Assembly (NCBI GenBank): GCA_028534125.1
Contig: CM052816.1
Span: forward strand, 28,398,001 to 28,462,000
Direction: 5' to 3'
DNA from: Lama glama
Lineage: Eukaryota
DNA: 64,000 bases
Part shown: in pieces, positions 24,160 to 37,534 of the stretch
Layout of the letters: each line of letters opens with the position of its first letter
How positions within the stretch are numbered: position 1 is the stretch's first letter
The notes under the pieces: model-generated
What the model saw: only the letters and a program-made list of their open reading frames with translations
What the model was told of the DNA's origin: nothing
The model's database searches: none
Made by a program: the position numbers and the translations under genes

Positions 24160-24730
24160 TGTACTAGACATCTGTGTGTGCTCCCTGTATTGTCTTGTTT
24201 CCTGATAGTGATCTCCATTTTATTCTGGGAGATACTCCCCCACCCCAGCTCTTAGCCAACTATTTCAAGTACTCTGATAGAGATTGTCTTTTTCCCTTAA
24301 AAATAGAACCTCTAATTTTTATCTAAGCAGTTGGTCATGCAGAATAAATTCTATCTTGAAGGTATGTGTGATCATGTGACAAAGTTGGAAAAGGATGGAA
24401 GTCAAAGTATTGAGTGGTAGCTTCTGGAAAACATTTTAAAAGAAAGTTGGCTCCTACCCTTGGTAGAAATTTTTCTTCCTTTTCTCCAAACTGTTGCCTG
24501 GAATGTAGATTTGATGGCTGGCGCTCTGACTGCCAGTTTACACAATTAGTATAAACCTGCTATGTAAGAGATGGCCATGAGGAATACTTAAAGGAAACTC
24601 AGTCCTCAAGGGCTTTGTAGATCAGAGATGCCATGTCAGCCCTGACCTGCCTCAAGACTTGTATGTAAGAAACAAACTTATATTTTACAATTTTAAAGTC
24701 ACTGTGATTTGGAGACTCAGTTTTTCACAA
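24160..24730 (+). mobile_element. Old MaLR LTR(s) (MLT1J/K-like)
   Basis: gatcatgtgacaaagtt..agcttctggaaaaca..tgcctggaatgtagatttgatggctggcgctc..tgccatgtcagccctgacctgcc..ttaaagtcactgtgatttgg. Confidence 0.65.
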
Positions 24731-25532
24731 TGGATACAGGTGAGAATCCACCTTGGATGGCACATATGATCTGTGATTAAGTCTAAATCAAAGAGTTGAT
24801 CACATTTCTCTGTTTCAGCAGGTAACATTCACTACTACAATACCTCGTGTGAAATGACATACTTAGAGCCATCCCAGATCCTAACTTTGCCAGAAAAATT
24901 TTGATGAGTGAGGTATAAAGATACTATTGTTCTCACAAAACCTCTTAGTGTATTTTGGTTTAAATATCAAAATCAACATGAGCCTGGGGCATGGTATAAC
25001 CTTCACAGGAGGACTGCATACGATTTCCAAGAATGGCACTGAATGACCTCGCGGTTATACAATTGAAACCAATATTTAGGGAATATTTTTTACAGGCTTT
25101 AACAGCTGTAATTAGGATAGGTTGATGTGAGTTTATCACATTCTGGGATTTGTGATTTGTAGAAAATCATGGTGTCTGGTGCTTACTACAACGTGCATTT
25201 TGTGACAAAGCATTATGCAGCAGCTAAACAACCTTTACCCATTCATTCCAATCAATTCTCTGGATCCACTGCACAAATGCTATAGTCACAATGTCTTCTG
25301 ACCATTTGTGAAAAAGAGGATAAGGAAGATTGTAGCTTATTAAAGTATGGCAAAATAAAAAGTACAAACAATGCTAGGAAACATTGGGTTTGTTAATAGC
25401 AATCACCAGTTCTCAATCATTAAAGGCAATTCACATAGAATTAATTCAGCACTTGAAAATACTACAGTACTTAAAATACATAGCCTTGTCCTAATAACAG
25501 GTTTCAGATAATTATTACTAATGGCCACAATG

Positions 25533-25930
25533 ACATTCAGCCAACATCGCATTCTGCACATTATATGTCAGGCTCTATTGTATACATTCCAGAAACAGTG
25601 GTAAACAAAAGAGACTGAAGCTTTTATTCTTATGCAGCTTACGTTTTAATGATAAGATCATATGAGAAAGGGAGCTAAGTCAGATTTTAGGGAAGTTTGG
25701 GGGTATGTGAAGAGCAGAAGAGGCAGAAGAAGCATGTTTCTAGGAAGAGAAGAAACCTGGTTTCAGTAGCTTTGACCAAAGAGGAGAAGAATGAAACAGT
25801 GCTCACAAGGTCTTGAAAGGCAAGAGAATATTTTGGGTGAAATTATATGAAAGCAGTAGGACTGGAGCTCCAGGTCTGGAATTGGGATGGGCTGGAACTA
25901 AATACACGGGGCAGAGGGCAGACCACAATG
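25533..25930 (-). mobile_element. LINE-2 3' relic
   Basis: cattcagccaacat..tatatgtcaggctct..acagtggtaaacaaaagagac..gcagcttac. Confidence 0.5.
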
Positions 25931-26350
25931 TGAGTTTTCCCAAATTGTTTAAATCTGAAAAGTTTATCCACTTGTCAAATGTCAGAGAAAAGATATGTCA
26001 AATATAACATGTTCTTACACTTGTTTTTCAATGCTAACATATTCTTTAATTTTAAAATAATCCATGAGTATTGAAAATCCTTGGAAATTATGAACAGTAT
26101 AAAAAAGGTATAAAATGTCACTCTTTCTGACACTGAGAGGCATCTGAGATTGCAGCTTTGGCATGTTTTTGTCCAGTTTTTAAATTGTCTCCTTAGTTGA
26201 ACCAATTTTCAATGTGAAATATTTTTATAACCCAATATCAAAAATCTTTGTAACATTATTTAATGGCTATATAATAATATAGGGTAAAGATATGTTCCTA
26301 GTCATTTTTGAATTAGTGTATCTAATTTCTTAATATAAAAAGTACTAATA

Positions 26351-27513
26351 CAATAGTAAACTCAAAATGGATTAAAGACCTGAATGTAAGATCAGATACT
26401 ATAAATCTCCTAGAGGAAAACAGACCGAACACTCTTTAACATAAACTGCAGCAATATTTTTTTGGATCCATCAAAGGAAACAAACTCAAGAGTAAACAAA
26501 TGGGACTTAATTAAACTTAAAAGCTTTTACACATCAAAGGAAACCATCAATAAAACAAAAAGACAACTTACTGAAAGGGAGAAGGTATTTGCAGATGGTC
26601 TGACTGAAAAGGGGGCTAATATTCAACATATATAAACAGCTCAAATAACTCAGTATCACAAAAAACAACCCTTTAAAAAATTCACAGAAGAACTGAAGAG
26701 ACATTTTTCCAAAGAAATACAGATGGTCAACAGGCACGTGAAAAGATGCTCAACAATACTAGTCATCAGGGAAATGCAAATCAAAACCACAATGGGATAC
26801 CACCTCATACTACTCAGAGCGGCTATCATCAAAAGGAAAACGAAGGACCAATGTCGGCGAAGATGTGGAGAAAAGGGAACCCTCATACACTGATGGCGGG
26901 AATGTAAATTGGTGCAGCCACTATGGAAAACAGTATGGAGGTTTCTCAAAAAGCTAAAAATAGAACTACTATATGACCCTGCAATTCTACTCCTGATTAT
27001 ATATCTGAAAGAAACAAAAACATTAATTAGAAAATATACATACACCCCAATGTTTATAGCAGCATCATTTACCATTGCCAAAACATGGAAGCAACCTAAG
27101 AGTACATCAACAGATGAATACGTAAAGATGTGGTTGTTATATATACAATGGAATACTACTCAGCCATAAAAAATAGAAATGTGCCACTCGCAGCAACTTG
27201 AATGGACTTGGAGGGCATTATGTTAAGTGAAATAAGTTAGACAGAAAGAAAAATATGATATCATTTATATGTGGAATCTAAAAAATACAACAAACTAGTG
27301 AGTAAAACAAAAGACAAGCAGATTCACAGATGTAGAGAACAAACTGGTTTTCTATAGGTTCTAGTGGTTACCACTGGAAAGAGGAAAGAGGGAAGGGGCA
27401 ATTGAGGGAAAGGGGGAAGAAAAGGAGGTTATTATGGTATTACATGAAATCATGTGTGTGAAACTCGAAAATTGTAAAGCACTATAGAATTTAAGGATCT
27501 TTCTTCCAATAAA
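26351..27513 (+). mobile_element. 5'-truncated LINE-1 (older artiodactyl L1_Art-like 3'UTR)
   Basis: ORF 26909-27169 [25 protein letters not shown]; tail ggttattatgg..gaaatcatgtgtgtgaaact..gtaaagcactatagaattt..aataaa; TSD aagtactaata (26340-26350) / aagtaccaata (27515-27525). Confidence 0.9.
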
Positions 27514-28489
27514 CAAGTACCAATAAGTATCTTAGACATAAGATTTCAAACCAAAGTAAACATTCTTAGAGACTTCACAAAGTGGTGCTGCTTTGATGTT
27601 ATAGTTCCAGGACAAGGTTTTAAAGAATAAAATAAGAAATGTTCCAAAACAAATGCATTTGTGAAATACTGCATACAATTCACTTCCCTGTTGGAGCATC
27701 TTAAAAATAATAGCATTGATGTTTCAAAAATCACTCTTTCAAGAAAACTAGTTGGGTTTTCTTTGCATTTCCCTAAATTATTTTATGGCAAAAGTTTTTG
27801 CATATTACTTATTTATATAAGTGTTACACACTCTGCAAAATATTAAAGAATAAAAATAATGTTAGTGAGGTCAAAATTACTCAGTAGATTTTAAATACTC
27901 CCCAAAGATATATACCATATACTTCTTAAAATATTTCTAGAAATAATGTGTGCTAATATTAAAAAATACAAATAAGACAAAGGAGAAATCAAAAACTTAT
28001 TTCCTCAACAAATTCTAAATTCTATCATAAGAAATCACTACTAACATGGGATGAACACGATTCTAGGCATTTCTCAAATCACATATGCAGCTATAAGGAC
28101 AGATGGCTAAGTGTGTAGATTGAATAAATATTAGTAGATTGATTGATCATTAGATAACATTTAATTTTGCACTATACTATATTCTATATATAAAAACTAT
28201 TATAATAAAATTAATTTATATTTAACAGAGGCACTATGACTTGCGTACCCTAAAATATTGCTAAGATGCAAGTACATTTTTCTTCAAAAGATAAAACGTT
28301 GTTTTATAAATAATCCCTGTAAAGTTCAGATAAAATTTTGATAAATAAGAGTTTCACATCAATTTTGAACTGCATAATTAGACTTCAGGCAATATACTTC
28401 TACTTCGAGAGATAAAGATAAAGAAATTAGCTCACTTACTTAGACTTTATTCTACTTCTGCTAGATTCAAAAGTATTGGGATAAATTTT

Positions 28490-29620
28490 TCTTAAGACCC
28501 AGTATTGTCTTTCAGGGTCTTGATTATAGTCTATAATTCAGGGATGTTTTCTTCTTTACATCTTTGAACATTTTTATGTTCTGCATATTCTTCAAAACCC
28601 CAGGCATGCTTCATTTTACTTTGACTATTTTCCACATACAGTCATTTTAATCTTTACTGCTTTCTCCTTCTTTTAAGTAATTTTTTTTCAAGCCTATACC
28701 ATACATTTCTGGTTGGTTTTCAATCATTTTTATTATATTTTTTATATCTTTATCTTGTCATTCCCTTTTTAAAACAGAAGTCACATGTCTTTGCAATTTC
28801 TTTGAACTTGAACTGTTTGTCTGAAATCTTGTTCCTTCCTCTACCCCGCCATAAGTAATTCTTCCACATTGTGTGTTCTTCAAGCATCTTTCTCTTCTTT
28901 TGTAGTTTCCATTCTCAAGGCCATGTGTTTTATCTGCTTATGAGTTATCTACAAACCGTGACAGCCTGTATACTAAGTACTGCTCAAATGGACAGATAAT
29001 AGAACAAGAAAGGGAACGAGCTCCCGCTGTGATTTATATTGTGTTGAGTGCCCTCTTACAAAGCTGGCTATTTCCTTTTGGCACGAGCCCACCCCCATCC
29101 TCACTCCCCCAGGCGTCAGCATTTAAGCAGTGGTGGGTTGGTGTAGCTCACTGTCACTCTCCTTGAGACATTAGTACTTTGAGCTGAGATCTGGTGATTG
29201 CTGCTTCCTCTCCTCCCTTCCTTCACCCCTCTTGACATCCAGGACTCTCCTTTGCATAGAAGGTTCAGTTGCGGACACTAAAAATGACTTTCTTGTGGTT
29301 TCTCCTTCAGCAACATACTCATGGCCAAATTGTGCATTCAGTTTCCACACAGATGTCTCACGATTCTGTCGTGGCGTGGTTTAGAGCTCATGTCTCCTCG
29401 CTCTACCACAGGGATGATGAGATAAACTGCCATGACTGTGACACTTACTTCTAGGTGTGTGCTGGGCTGCCTCATCCCCTAGGCTATTCTCTGGCTCACT
29501 CCTGGCAGTAGCAGTGTGTTTGGGTTGTCGCTGACACTTGCATCGTTGGGAGTACTGGCTCTCAACAGATTTTGAAGAAGGAAACTAGGTTAAAAAATTC
29601 CTTTCTTCTGCCATCCATAA
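28490..29620 (-). mobile_element. Very old L1/HAL1 5'-region relic
   Basis: T-rich ORF1-like reverse complement followed by a GC-richer UTR-like segment ending ttctgccatcc (reverse of ggatggcagaa). Confidence 0.35.
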
Positions 29621-29729
29621 ACAGAAAACTGATTTCATGCTTATTCTCTTTAAAATATTATAGGTATATTGTATGTGTATGCAAGGATAGTTCAGGTGCT
29701 GTCAGAAAGGATTTGTGTCCATTCGGTTA

Positions 29730-29889
29730 GTCTTAACTTAGCAAGTATGTATCTAGCATACTTCATCTGGACCATGAACTATTTAAGCCACCAGAAATGC
29801 AGAAATGAATGAGTTGTTATCTTACGATCAAAGAGCTCACAAATCCAGTAATGAAGATAGACATGTAAATAAGCAGACAAGATACAGTG

Positions 29890-29928
<39 letters not shown>

Positions 29929-30260
29929 AATAACACAAATACTCCAGTAGCTGTACAGGGACTCAGAGGAGGGAGCAAATGAGTTGTGTATCACTGCAAA
30001 GAGAAGATGATATCTGAATTGTGGCTTAAAATATTACTAGGAATTTATCAGGCAGAGGTGGGTAGGGAGTAGTTATTGAGAAAAGAGTGTCTGCAAAGAA
30101 AGGCATGAAGACACAAGACATCTTCATTTGTTTGGGGACAGTGAGTGGCATTTTGTTTATGGAGGACTGGGTACATGCAGGAGGGAGAGGAGTGGGTTTG
30201 GACAGGTAAGTTTGAGGCAAGATTGTTACGGACTTTGCACTTTACTGTAGAGAAATCAAT
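29730..30260 (-). mobile_element. LINE-2 relic containing a (TG)n
   Basis: agcaagtatgtatctagcatac..caaagagctcacaaatccagt..gacatgtaaataa..gatatctgaattgtggcttaaa..tgcaaagaaaggcatgaag. Confidence 0.6.
29893..29924 (+). repeat. (TG)16 microsatellite
   Basis: Directly visible. Confidence 0.95.
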
Positions 30261-31169
30261 TGGGGATGATGGACGATATAGTTTTGAGGTTCTAATTAAA
30301 TAAGAGACACAAGACTGAACTTATTCCTATTGTAGTGAGCCTTCTTCAAGCACTAGATGCTACTTCACTAATTCTGCAGAGTTTCAGTCGAACACATCTT
30401 GTCATCACAGCTTGAACTGTGTCCTCTCAAACACAGCCACTCATACAGAGCAATTCTATTATGTCTTAAAGCTAGTTTTGTTCTTGGATACTATAATATA
30501 AGAGATGTTCCATTCCATTATTTAATTAGCTTCACTGCAATACAGAAATAACTTAAGTACATCCACTCAAGACCACAGTGGTAGGCAATGTCTGAGCAGG
30601 GGAAGGAATTGCTCAAATCCATTCTTGAAGTATTCTGTTATTCTTCAGATTAATTTGCCAATTATGTGTTCCTTTCAAACAATCTTTAAATTTAATAGAA
30701 ATCCAAAGAAAAGTAATCTGCAACAACTCTTACTGCAAGCATTTAATTTCTTTCAAGTAATTTTGCAAACATTTTATTTTTTGAGTTGAGTTGAGTATTA
30801 AGCCAGGATAATGAGTTCTTGACGGTTAGGTTTTTGCTTCAGCTTCTTCAAATACTCAATTAGAGGCAGAATCACTAAGTCACTATATTCAATACAGTCC
30901 ATAGCAAAATAACTGATAATTTCCAAAGAGTGATAAAAGGAGAAACCTGTGACCAAATATTATACTATAAAGAAATAGAGAGAAATCTCAGCATGAGGAA
31001 AATATGAGACAGTTAAATGAGCAATAATTAAAATTAAGGAAAGAACCAATACATTACAATATCTAACCCTTGTTCCTTAAAATCTTTTACAGAATGGTAT
31101 TGTGTGATTTTACTATTCTGCAAAGACTTATCTATGTTGATTAGAAACGAAAATATCGGGAAGTTAACT

Positions 31170-31460
31170 GTACTACGAATAAGTGGAGACCGTATATTGT
31201 ATGATCGCATTTATATGCTATGTCTAAATATGCCAAATCCATACAGATCAAAAATCCATAGTGCTTGGATAGGACTAGGAATGGGGGAGGGTAAAGTGTC
31301 ATTTAATGGGTAGGGAGTTTCTTTTGAGGGTGATAAAATGTTCTAAAATTACATTGTGCTGATGGTTACATAATTTGGTAAATATATTAAAAACCAATTG
31401 TACATTTCAAAATGGTGATTTTTATGGTATGTAAATTATATCTCAATAAAGTTTTTTTAA
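31170..31460 (+). mobile_element. LINE-1 3' end (L1MB-like)
   Basis: atattgtatgatcgcatttat..caaatccatacaga..taatgggtagggagtttcttttgagggtgataaaatgttctaaaatt..atgtaaattatatctcaataaag. Confidence 0.8.
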
Positions 31461-32829
31461 GTAGCACAGCAAGAACTCATTCACTCTAAGTCACTAATTT
31501 TTTTAATGTAAAGGATTATATAGCAGGGGTGAGACAAATGGAATGAGCGACAGCGAGAACCTGGTTTCAAGTCTATGTTCAAGGCGGCAATTTACCATTC
31601 CTTTTTAAAATTTGTTTTCCTTCAAATAGTGCCTTTTAGATCACTAATTCCATCTGGTGACATTATAAGTTTTTTAGGCTGTCTTCAACATCCATTTGTG
31701 ATTTGGCTATAGTGAAGTAATACTTCTAAATTCTAAAAAATGAAGGCAATCCCTGGATATTTAGGGAAGCAAAATTTCTGAATTTAAAACTCAGATTACA
31801 AACATCTTCAAATGCAAGTGAAGGAGGGTAGATAATGCTGCATTTGCAACCTTTTTACCTTGTGTCTTTTCTGGTATTACTCTTCCCTGGTGATGGGATA
31901 TGCAGGACTTTGATGATTGTAAAGAGCTGTGCTTGAAGAAGTCGTGAAACAGACTATTTTACTGAAGAGTAAAATCAGCACAGAACTGTGTGAAGGCTCG
32001 CTCTGTGAGCCGGGCCTGAGAAAACATGCTGCTTCCTCCCGTGATGCCATGAGCCATCACCAAGTCAACTAAGTCTCCCAGGAACCTGCAATTTGGACTG
32101 AAATGTATTGCTTTGGCAATCACAGCAGGTTATGGTTCTTAACAGTAGGGAGTCCCAGGATTCTAAAGGGAATAAATGAATGCTAGATTTTAACCCTTTA
32201 AAATAATTTGCTGTTCATTTTTGTTATGTTCACATCAAAGTGTTTTCTTCAATTCTGATTACCTATTCCCAAAATTTGGGCAAATGCAAGCTGATTAAAC
32301 TGAATAGTTACATAGACATTTATGTTTCATCAGTGGGTTTCATATCATATTTTAACTTTCTCTGTGTATTCCAATCTCTGGAATAAAGTAATCAGTGATA
32401 TTTTGTCTTCATATAGTCACCATTTAGGGGAAAAATAAAACTCAAATGTTTTGATATGATAAGTTTAAATCAAACATTCTACTTGTCGGAATTTACTATT
32501 AATTGAAATTACATTAAACTCATTTTTTAAACTTACTGGTGTAAAAAAATAGGACACCATTCAGGGAATTGTCACTAATAGCAATGACTTCAAAGTCGAT
32601 TCATTTCATCAAATATTTAATTAATATCTACTGTATACCCATTCCTTGAGCTGCTTATGTCTTGTGGGGAAAGATAACTTCTGTGCTATATTGAGGATCA
32701 TAGTTTCTAGGAAATTAGTAAAATGAAAGATCAGTTTGGGCTGATTAGTTTAAGGAAGAATTTATAAAAAGGGAAGAAATTGAGCCAGGTATTAAAAATG
32801 TATAGAAATTAAAAAAATGTATAGAAATA

Positions 32830-33800
32830 AAAGACAATACTTAGACAATCAAAACATAACCCACACAGGTAGAAGACATGTACAATGCATATATCATACA
32901 CAGGACTCATTTGGATACATTAAAACATCTATGTATCAGTGAAAAAAGAGATATATCACAATAGAAAAATAGGAAAAGAGTTGAATAGACCCTTCACAAG
33001 GGAGGAAACCTAAATGGCCAAAAGACATTTTTTTTTTAAATACTCAACTTCACTATGCAGCAGAAAAAATGCAAATAAAAACACAATACGACACTAATAC
33101 ATATCTATTAGAACAGATAAAACAAAAGACAGGCAATGCCAAGTTTTGAGAAAGATGTGGTACAACCAGAACCCTCATATACTGCTGCCTTAAGTACACA
33201 TTTGTACACATACTTTTTAAAAACTGTTTGTAGTATCTACCAAAGCTGAACATAAAACCCAACAATTCCACTCTTGGGTGCAGATCTAAGATAGGTTTAT
33301 AAAAGTACAGGTACTAGAATATTTAAAGTGTCACTGTTTAAAATAGCCCCAAACTGCAAATTTCACTGTTAATGATATTTATCAACACTGAATGGTTGAC
33401 TGGTATAGAAATTATGACAATTTCCATAATAGTAGTATATAGTAAGGAGAATAAAAATCAAAAGCTACATACAACAATATGGATGAATCTCACAGACATA
33501 ATGTTAATTGAAAGACGTAAGTTATAAGCCTATGTACTTATCATCCCAGGTATATAAAGTACAAATCAGATAAAACTAATCTATGACATTGGAAATCAAG
33601 AAAGCAGTGACTTTGAGTGTGAGAGATAGTCACTTAAAAGGAGCATATAGGGGTTTTGGAAGTGCTGGTAGTGATCTATTTCTGGATCTCAGTGCTGGTC
33701 ACACAGTGTGTTTAGTTTGAGGAAATCCATTGAGTTGTAAACTAATGACAGATGAACATTAATGCATGCATAGTGTAATTCAATAAGGATTTTTTAAGGG
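32830..33800 (+). mobile_element. Old LINE-1 3' region (L1ME/L1MD-like)
   Basis: ttgaatagacccttcacaag..aaatgcaaataaaaacaca..ggatgaatctcacagacataatgtt..aaaactaatctatg..tttctggatctcagtgctggtcacac..caataa. Confidence 0.75.
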
Positions 33801-34342
33801 TAAAAATTAGAGGTTTAGAAAAAAAGCCAAAAATTTTGTTTATTAAAAGATGCTTTTAACAGCTAATCAGCTCAGGAAAAAAATGTTCACGTAAGTGAAA
33901 ATAAAGATGAAAAGACAAAACTTTAAATATGCTAAAAAAATTTCCCCAGAGTTGGATTTTTTTCAGTTTATATAATGCAATCGGCTTAAACTGATTTATT
34001 CTAAATAGTCTTTCACCACTGTGACCATCCAAAATCAACAACTTTTATTTATATATGTAAGGTCCTTCCAGGGTACATTTGAATCATCAAAGACAGACAA
34101 AGAAGTGTTCAATTTCATTTAAGTCAATTTGGATAAATCTTCATTCTTTGAACATCAGGAGAGCCATGTGTGCTATCTACTGGAAAATATTTCAGACTAT
34201 TTGCTTAAGTAGATGGTCATGTGAGGGTCTTTGGTCTATTACTTACTTATGTTTTAAAGACTTATTTCATTTTAGAACCAAACAATTTTTTTCTCTATTT
34301 TCTATCTTCCTTTCTTCCTTCTATGGAGCACACCTAATACCT

Positions 34343-34535
34343 AGATAGGTTTATAAAGGTACAAGAACGTTTGCAGCATTTCTTTTTTAGTAGCTCCAAA
34401 TTGCAAACTGCACTATTAATGATGCCTATCAACATTGGAATGGATAAACTGTGGCATATGTCCATAATAGTAGTATAAAACAATGAGAATGAAATCAAAG
34501 GCTACATACAATAATATGAATGAATCTCATAGACA
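34343..34535 (+). mobile_element. Second copy of part of the preceding old L1 (apparent local duplication)
   Basis: Colinear with 33289-33498. Confidence 0.6.
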
Positions 34536-34589
34536 ATATCAATTATCATAAGTTCAATTATTCATGAAATATTCATGACTTCAAAGTTC

Positions 34590-34862
34590 AGTTATTCATG
34601 GCTGAATAATATTTGTGTGTGTGTGGGTGAGAGAAATCTCACAATTTTTTTATCCACTTATCTATCTATCAACACTTAGGCTGTTTTCAAGTCTTGGCTA
34701 TAGTGAATAATCCTGCAGTGAACACGACAGTGCAGTCATCTCTTTGACACAATTATTTTGTTTTCTTTGGATATATACCCAGAACTGGGATTGCTGGATC
34801 ATACGGCAGTTCTGTTTTTAATTAACTGAGAAACCTCCACACTGATTTCCTTAGTGGGTATA
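34590..34862 (-). mobile_element. LINE-1 ORF2/3' fragment
   Basis: atggctgaataatat..cacttaggctgttttcaagtcttggctatagtgaataat..tttggatatatacccagaactgggattgctggatcatacgg. Confidence 0.8.
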
Positions 34863-37139
34863 TTAAAACTCTTGCTGATACAAAATTTAAAACCAATGTT
34901 AGATTTGTTACTTCGCAGTACTGTTTTAACACCTGCCTAACAAATATTAGCTTCTATTTGTTGAATACAATCAATATTTGACTAGAAAAGCTGAGTATGT
35001 CAGAAACAACAATGTTACGGTCAGAGTATTCAGCGTTTACCTCTCCTACACATCCTAAGTAGGAAACTTAAGTTCGGGGAAGTGAAATAATTTATGGGAA
35101 TAATGAAATTAGTGAAAAGTAAGAAAGATCTGTCTCATTTTAAGTGTTAATATTTATTCTATACCAACTGTCCAAAAGAAACTGCATGTGTAAGCCACGT
35201 GGGGTTTTGTTTATAGCCCACCATCCAACCAATAAGTTATTAACATACCCTGTTCCACTGACAAAGAAACACATGCCTGCAATTACCCTACTATGGGCAT
35301 CAGAGCCAAATTTCTGAGCTAAAATCTATTAGACTTAAAGACCAGCATCACTCCTCTAACATACTAAGCTTCCTGGGGAATAAAGTTTGAAGAAGTCATG
35401 ATCCTCTGAAAGAAGGTATTTGGAACATATTTGTGTCTGAATTTATGCAAATTTATAGTGACATTTCAGAGTCACCCCATCGTAACTTTGTAACTCTTCT
35501 TAAATCAGAAAAGCTGTCAAACTATACAGGACACCAATAACAGAGAGTCATTGCTGAAGTTACTTTTTAGTACATATAAAGTCACTTAGTGTTTGCTCAG
35601 CAAAGCAAAAAAAAAGCAAAAACAACCAAAATAAAAGTTTTTAAAAATCTTTCATTGATAAAAATCAACTTCCTAGAAACAAATTTTTGTGGACCACGCC
35701 TTCTCACATGATGTTTCACAACAGAAGAACATGTAATACGATAAATCCAGAAACACTGAGAAAGACACTAGGAAATAGCAAAAATAAAGTATATAATATG
35801 ACAGAGGAAAATCACAAATCTTTCAACATTATCTATAGATAAGCAGTTCCTTCTCTCTTCCTAACAAAAATTAAGAAACATTAATACTGAATCACATCAC
35901 GTCCAAAATTCTAATTTCTGAGGTTAACAGAAATGCAAACATTACTTTACGAATGTTAAGCTACAGTTAATGAACTAACATAAATGAACCAGTATCCTGA
36001 TAGCTTATTTTATTAAACCATGATGATCAAAATCAGAATAAGTAAACTCAAGGAGCTATGTGCAGTAGACACTTCAAATACTAAGCATTGTTAAAGTTCT
36101 CTTTAATAATCTTTTCTAAAACTAATGTCAAAAAAGAATTTAAAATTGCTAAAAAATTAAAATTTAAATAAAACCAATGTCGAAATATTTCCTCAAGCCA
36201 AAGTGAGTCTATGCATTAACAAAGAAACCCATATATGATTTTCTTGTTGTTTTGAATTTCTATTCTAACTTTTCTCTTTCCTATAGAGCTGATAAGAAAA
36301 AGCATTAAGTACAAAGAGGTTAAGCAGAGCAAACTGTAAGCACATGCGCATAAAAAACTCCACTAGTGTGTACTGACATGCAAACTGCCTGTAGGCAGTA
36401 TCTTTTAATGGTACTTAAATTCTGTAGCTTCCTACATTTTCTTTTCTTTACACCCAGTGGACAACAAATCAAAGTGAAAATACAGAAAATAAAATTAGGA
36501 TTTTAGATCATTTAAGTGTTTTGACTAAGGTTTTGTAGTATATTGCCTATGACATAAAATTTGAAAAAAAAATTGTTATTACACACAAGAAAAGTATTTT
36601 CAATTAGTAAGAATTTATGCACACTAAATCCCACTTAGATTTCTCTGGAAAGTGGGCATGATACAGTAAAGCTTTTATTACCTATAACCACAGGAGGAAT
36701 AATTACATTTTGTTCTAGGAAGTAGATTCAAAATTAGGTAGTAATTGGTTCTGCTCAGGGAAAGGAACACATAAGGGTATATATTTTTCATCCAAAGAAA
36801 AAGCATGAAACATTTTGCTAAATTTTTCCACTTCTGTTATAGTACTAAACCACTAGTCAAGAAAATGATACTTCCGAACTTTTTCTTACTAAGGGACCCC
36901 TTTCATCAGAGGGGTGATGTACATTCTACCATACTGTTGAAATGTTCAACGCTATATGCATATTCTGTTTACACAGTCATGACACAAGGAAAAGGCAACA
37001 ATTAAATTGAACAAATGGAAGAAGTATGAATACTTGAAATTTCAACATATAATCATATTTCCAAATTAAACTGGATAATAGATAAATCCTTGGAAACCAG
37101 GGTATTATTGCATTATTTCTTTAGCCTCTCTCTCTCTTC

Positions 37140-37532
37140 AAATATGTATTTTTTTGGAGATAGAGCCTTTATAGACATAGTCAAGTTAAAGTGAGGCAAT
37201 CAAGCTAAAACTCATTTTATACATGACTAATGTCCTTATAAAAAGAGGAATTTTGGAGACAGACATGTACCCAGGAAAAAAACATCATGTGAAGATGGAG
37301 GCAGAGATTAGGCTGATGCTTCTTTAAGCCAAAGGGCATTAAAGATTGCTAGCAAACCACCAAAAACATGGAGAGCCATGGAACAGACTCTCTCACAGCC
37401 CACAAAAGGAACCAAGCCTGCCAGCACTTTGATCTCATACTTCTAGTCTTCAGGACTTCGAGAAAATAAGTTTTGCTATTTAAGCCACCCCATTTGTGGT
37501 AATGTGTTACAGTCACCCTAGCATGTTACTAT
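37140..37532 (+). mobile_element. MaLR LTR (MLT1B/C-like)
   Basis: tttggagatagagccttt..atgactaatgtccttataaaaagagg..catgtgaagatggaggcagagatt..aaggaaccaagcctgcc..tttaagccaccccatttgtggtaatgtgttacag. Confidence 0.85.
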
Positions 37533-37534
37533 GC

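Noticed and set aside
36345..36399. Cluster of small palindromes (atgcgcat, cactagtg, actgcct-gt-aggcagt)
   Set aside because: Too short to distinguish from chance without conservation data
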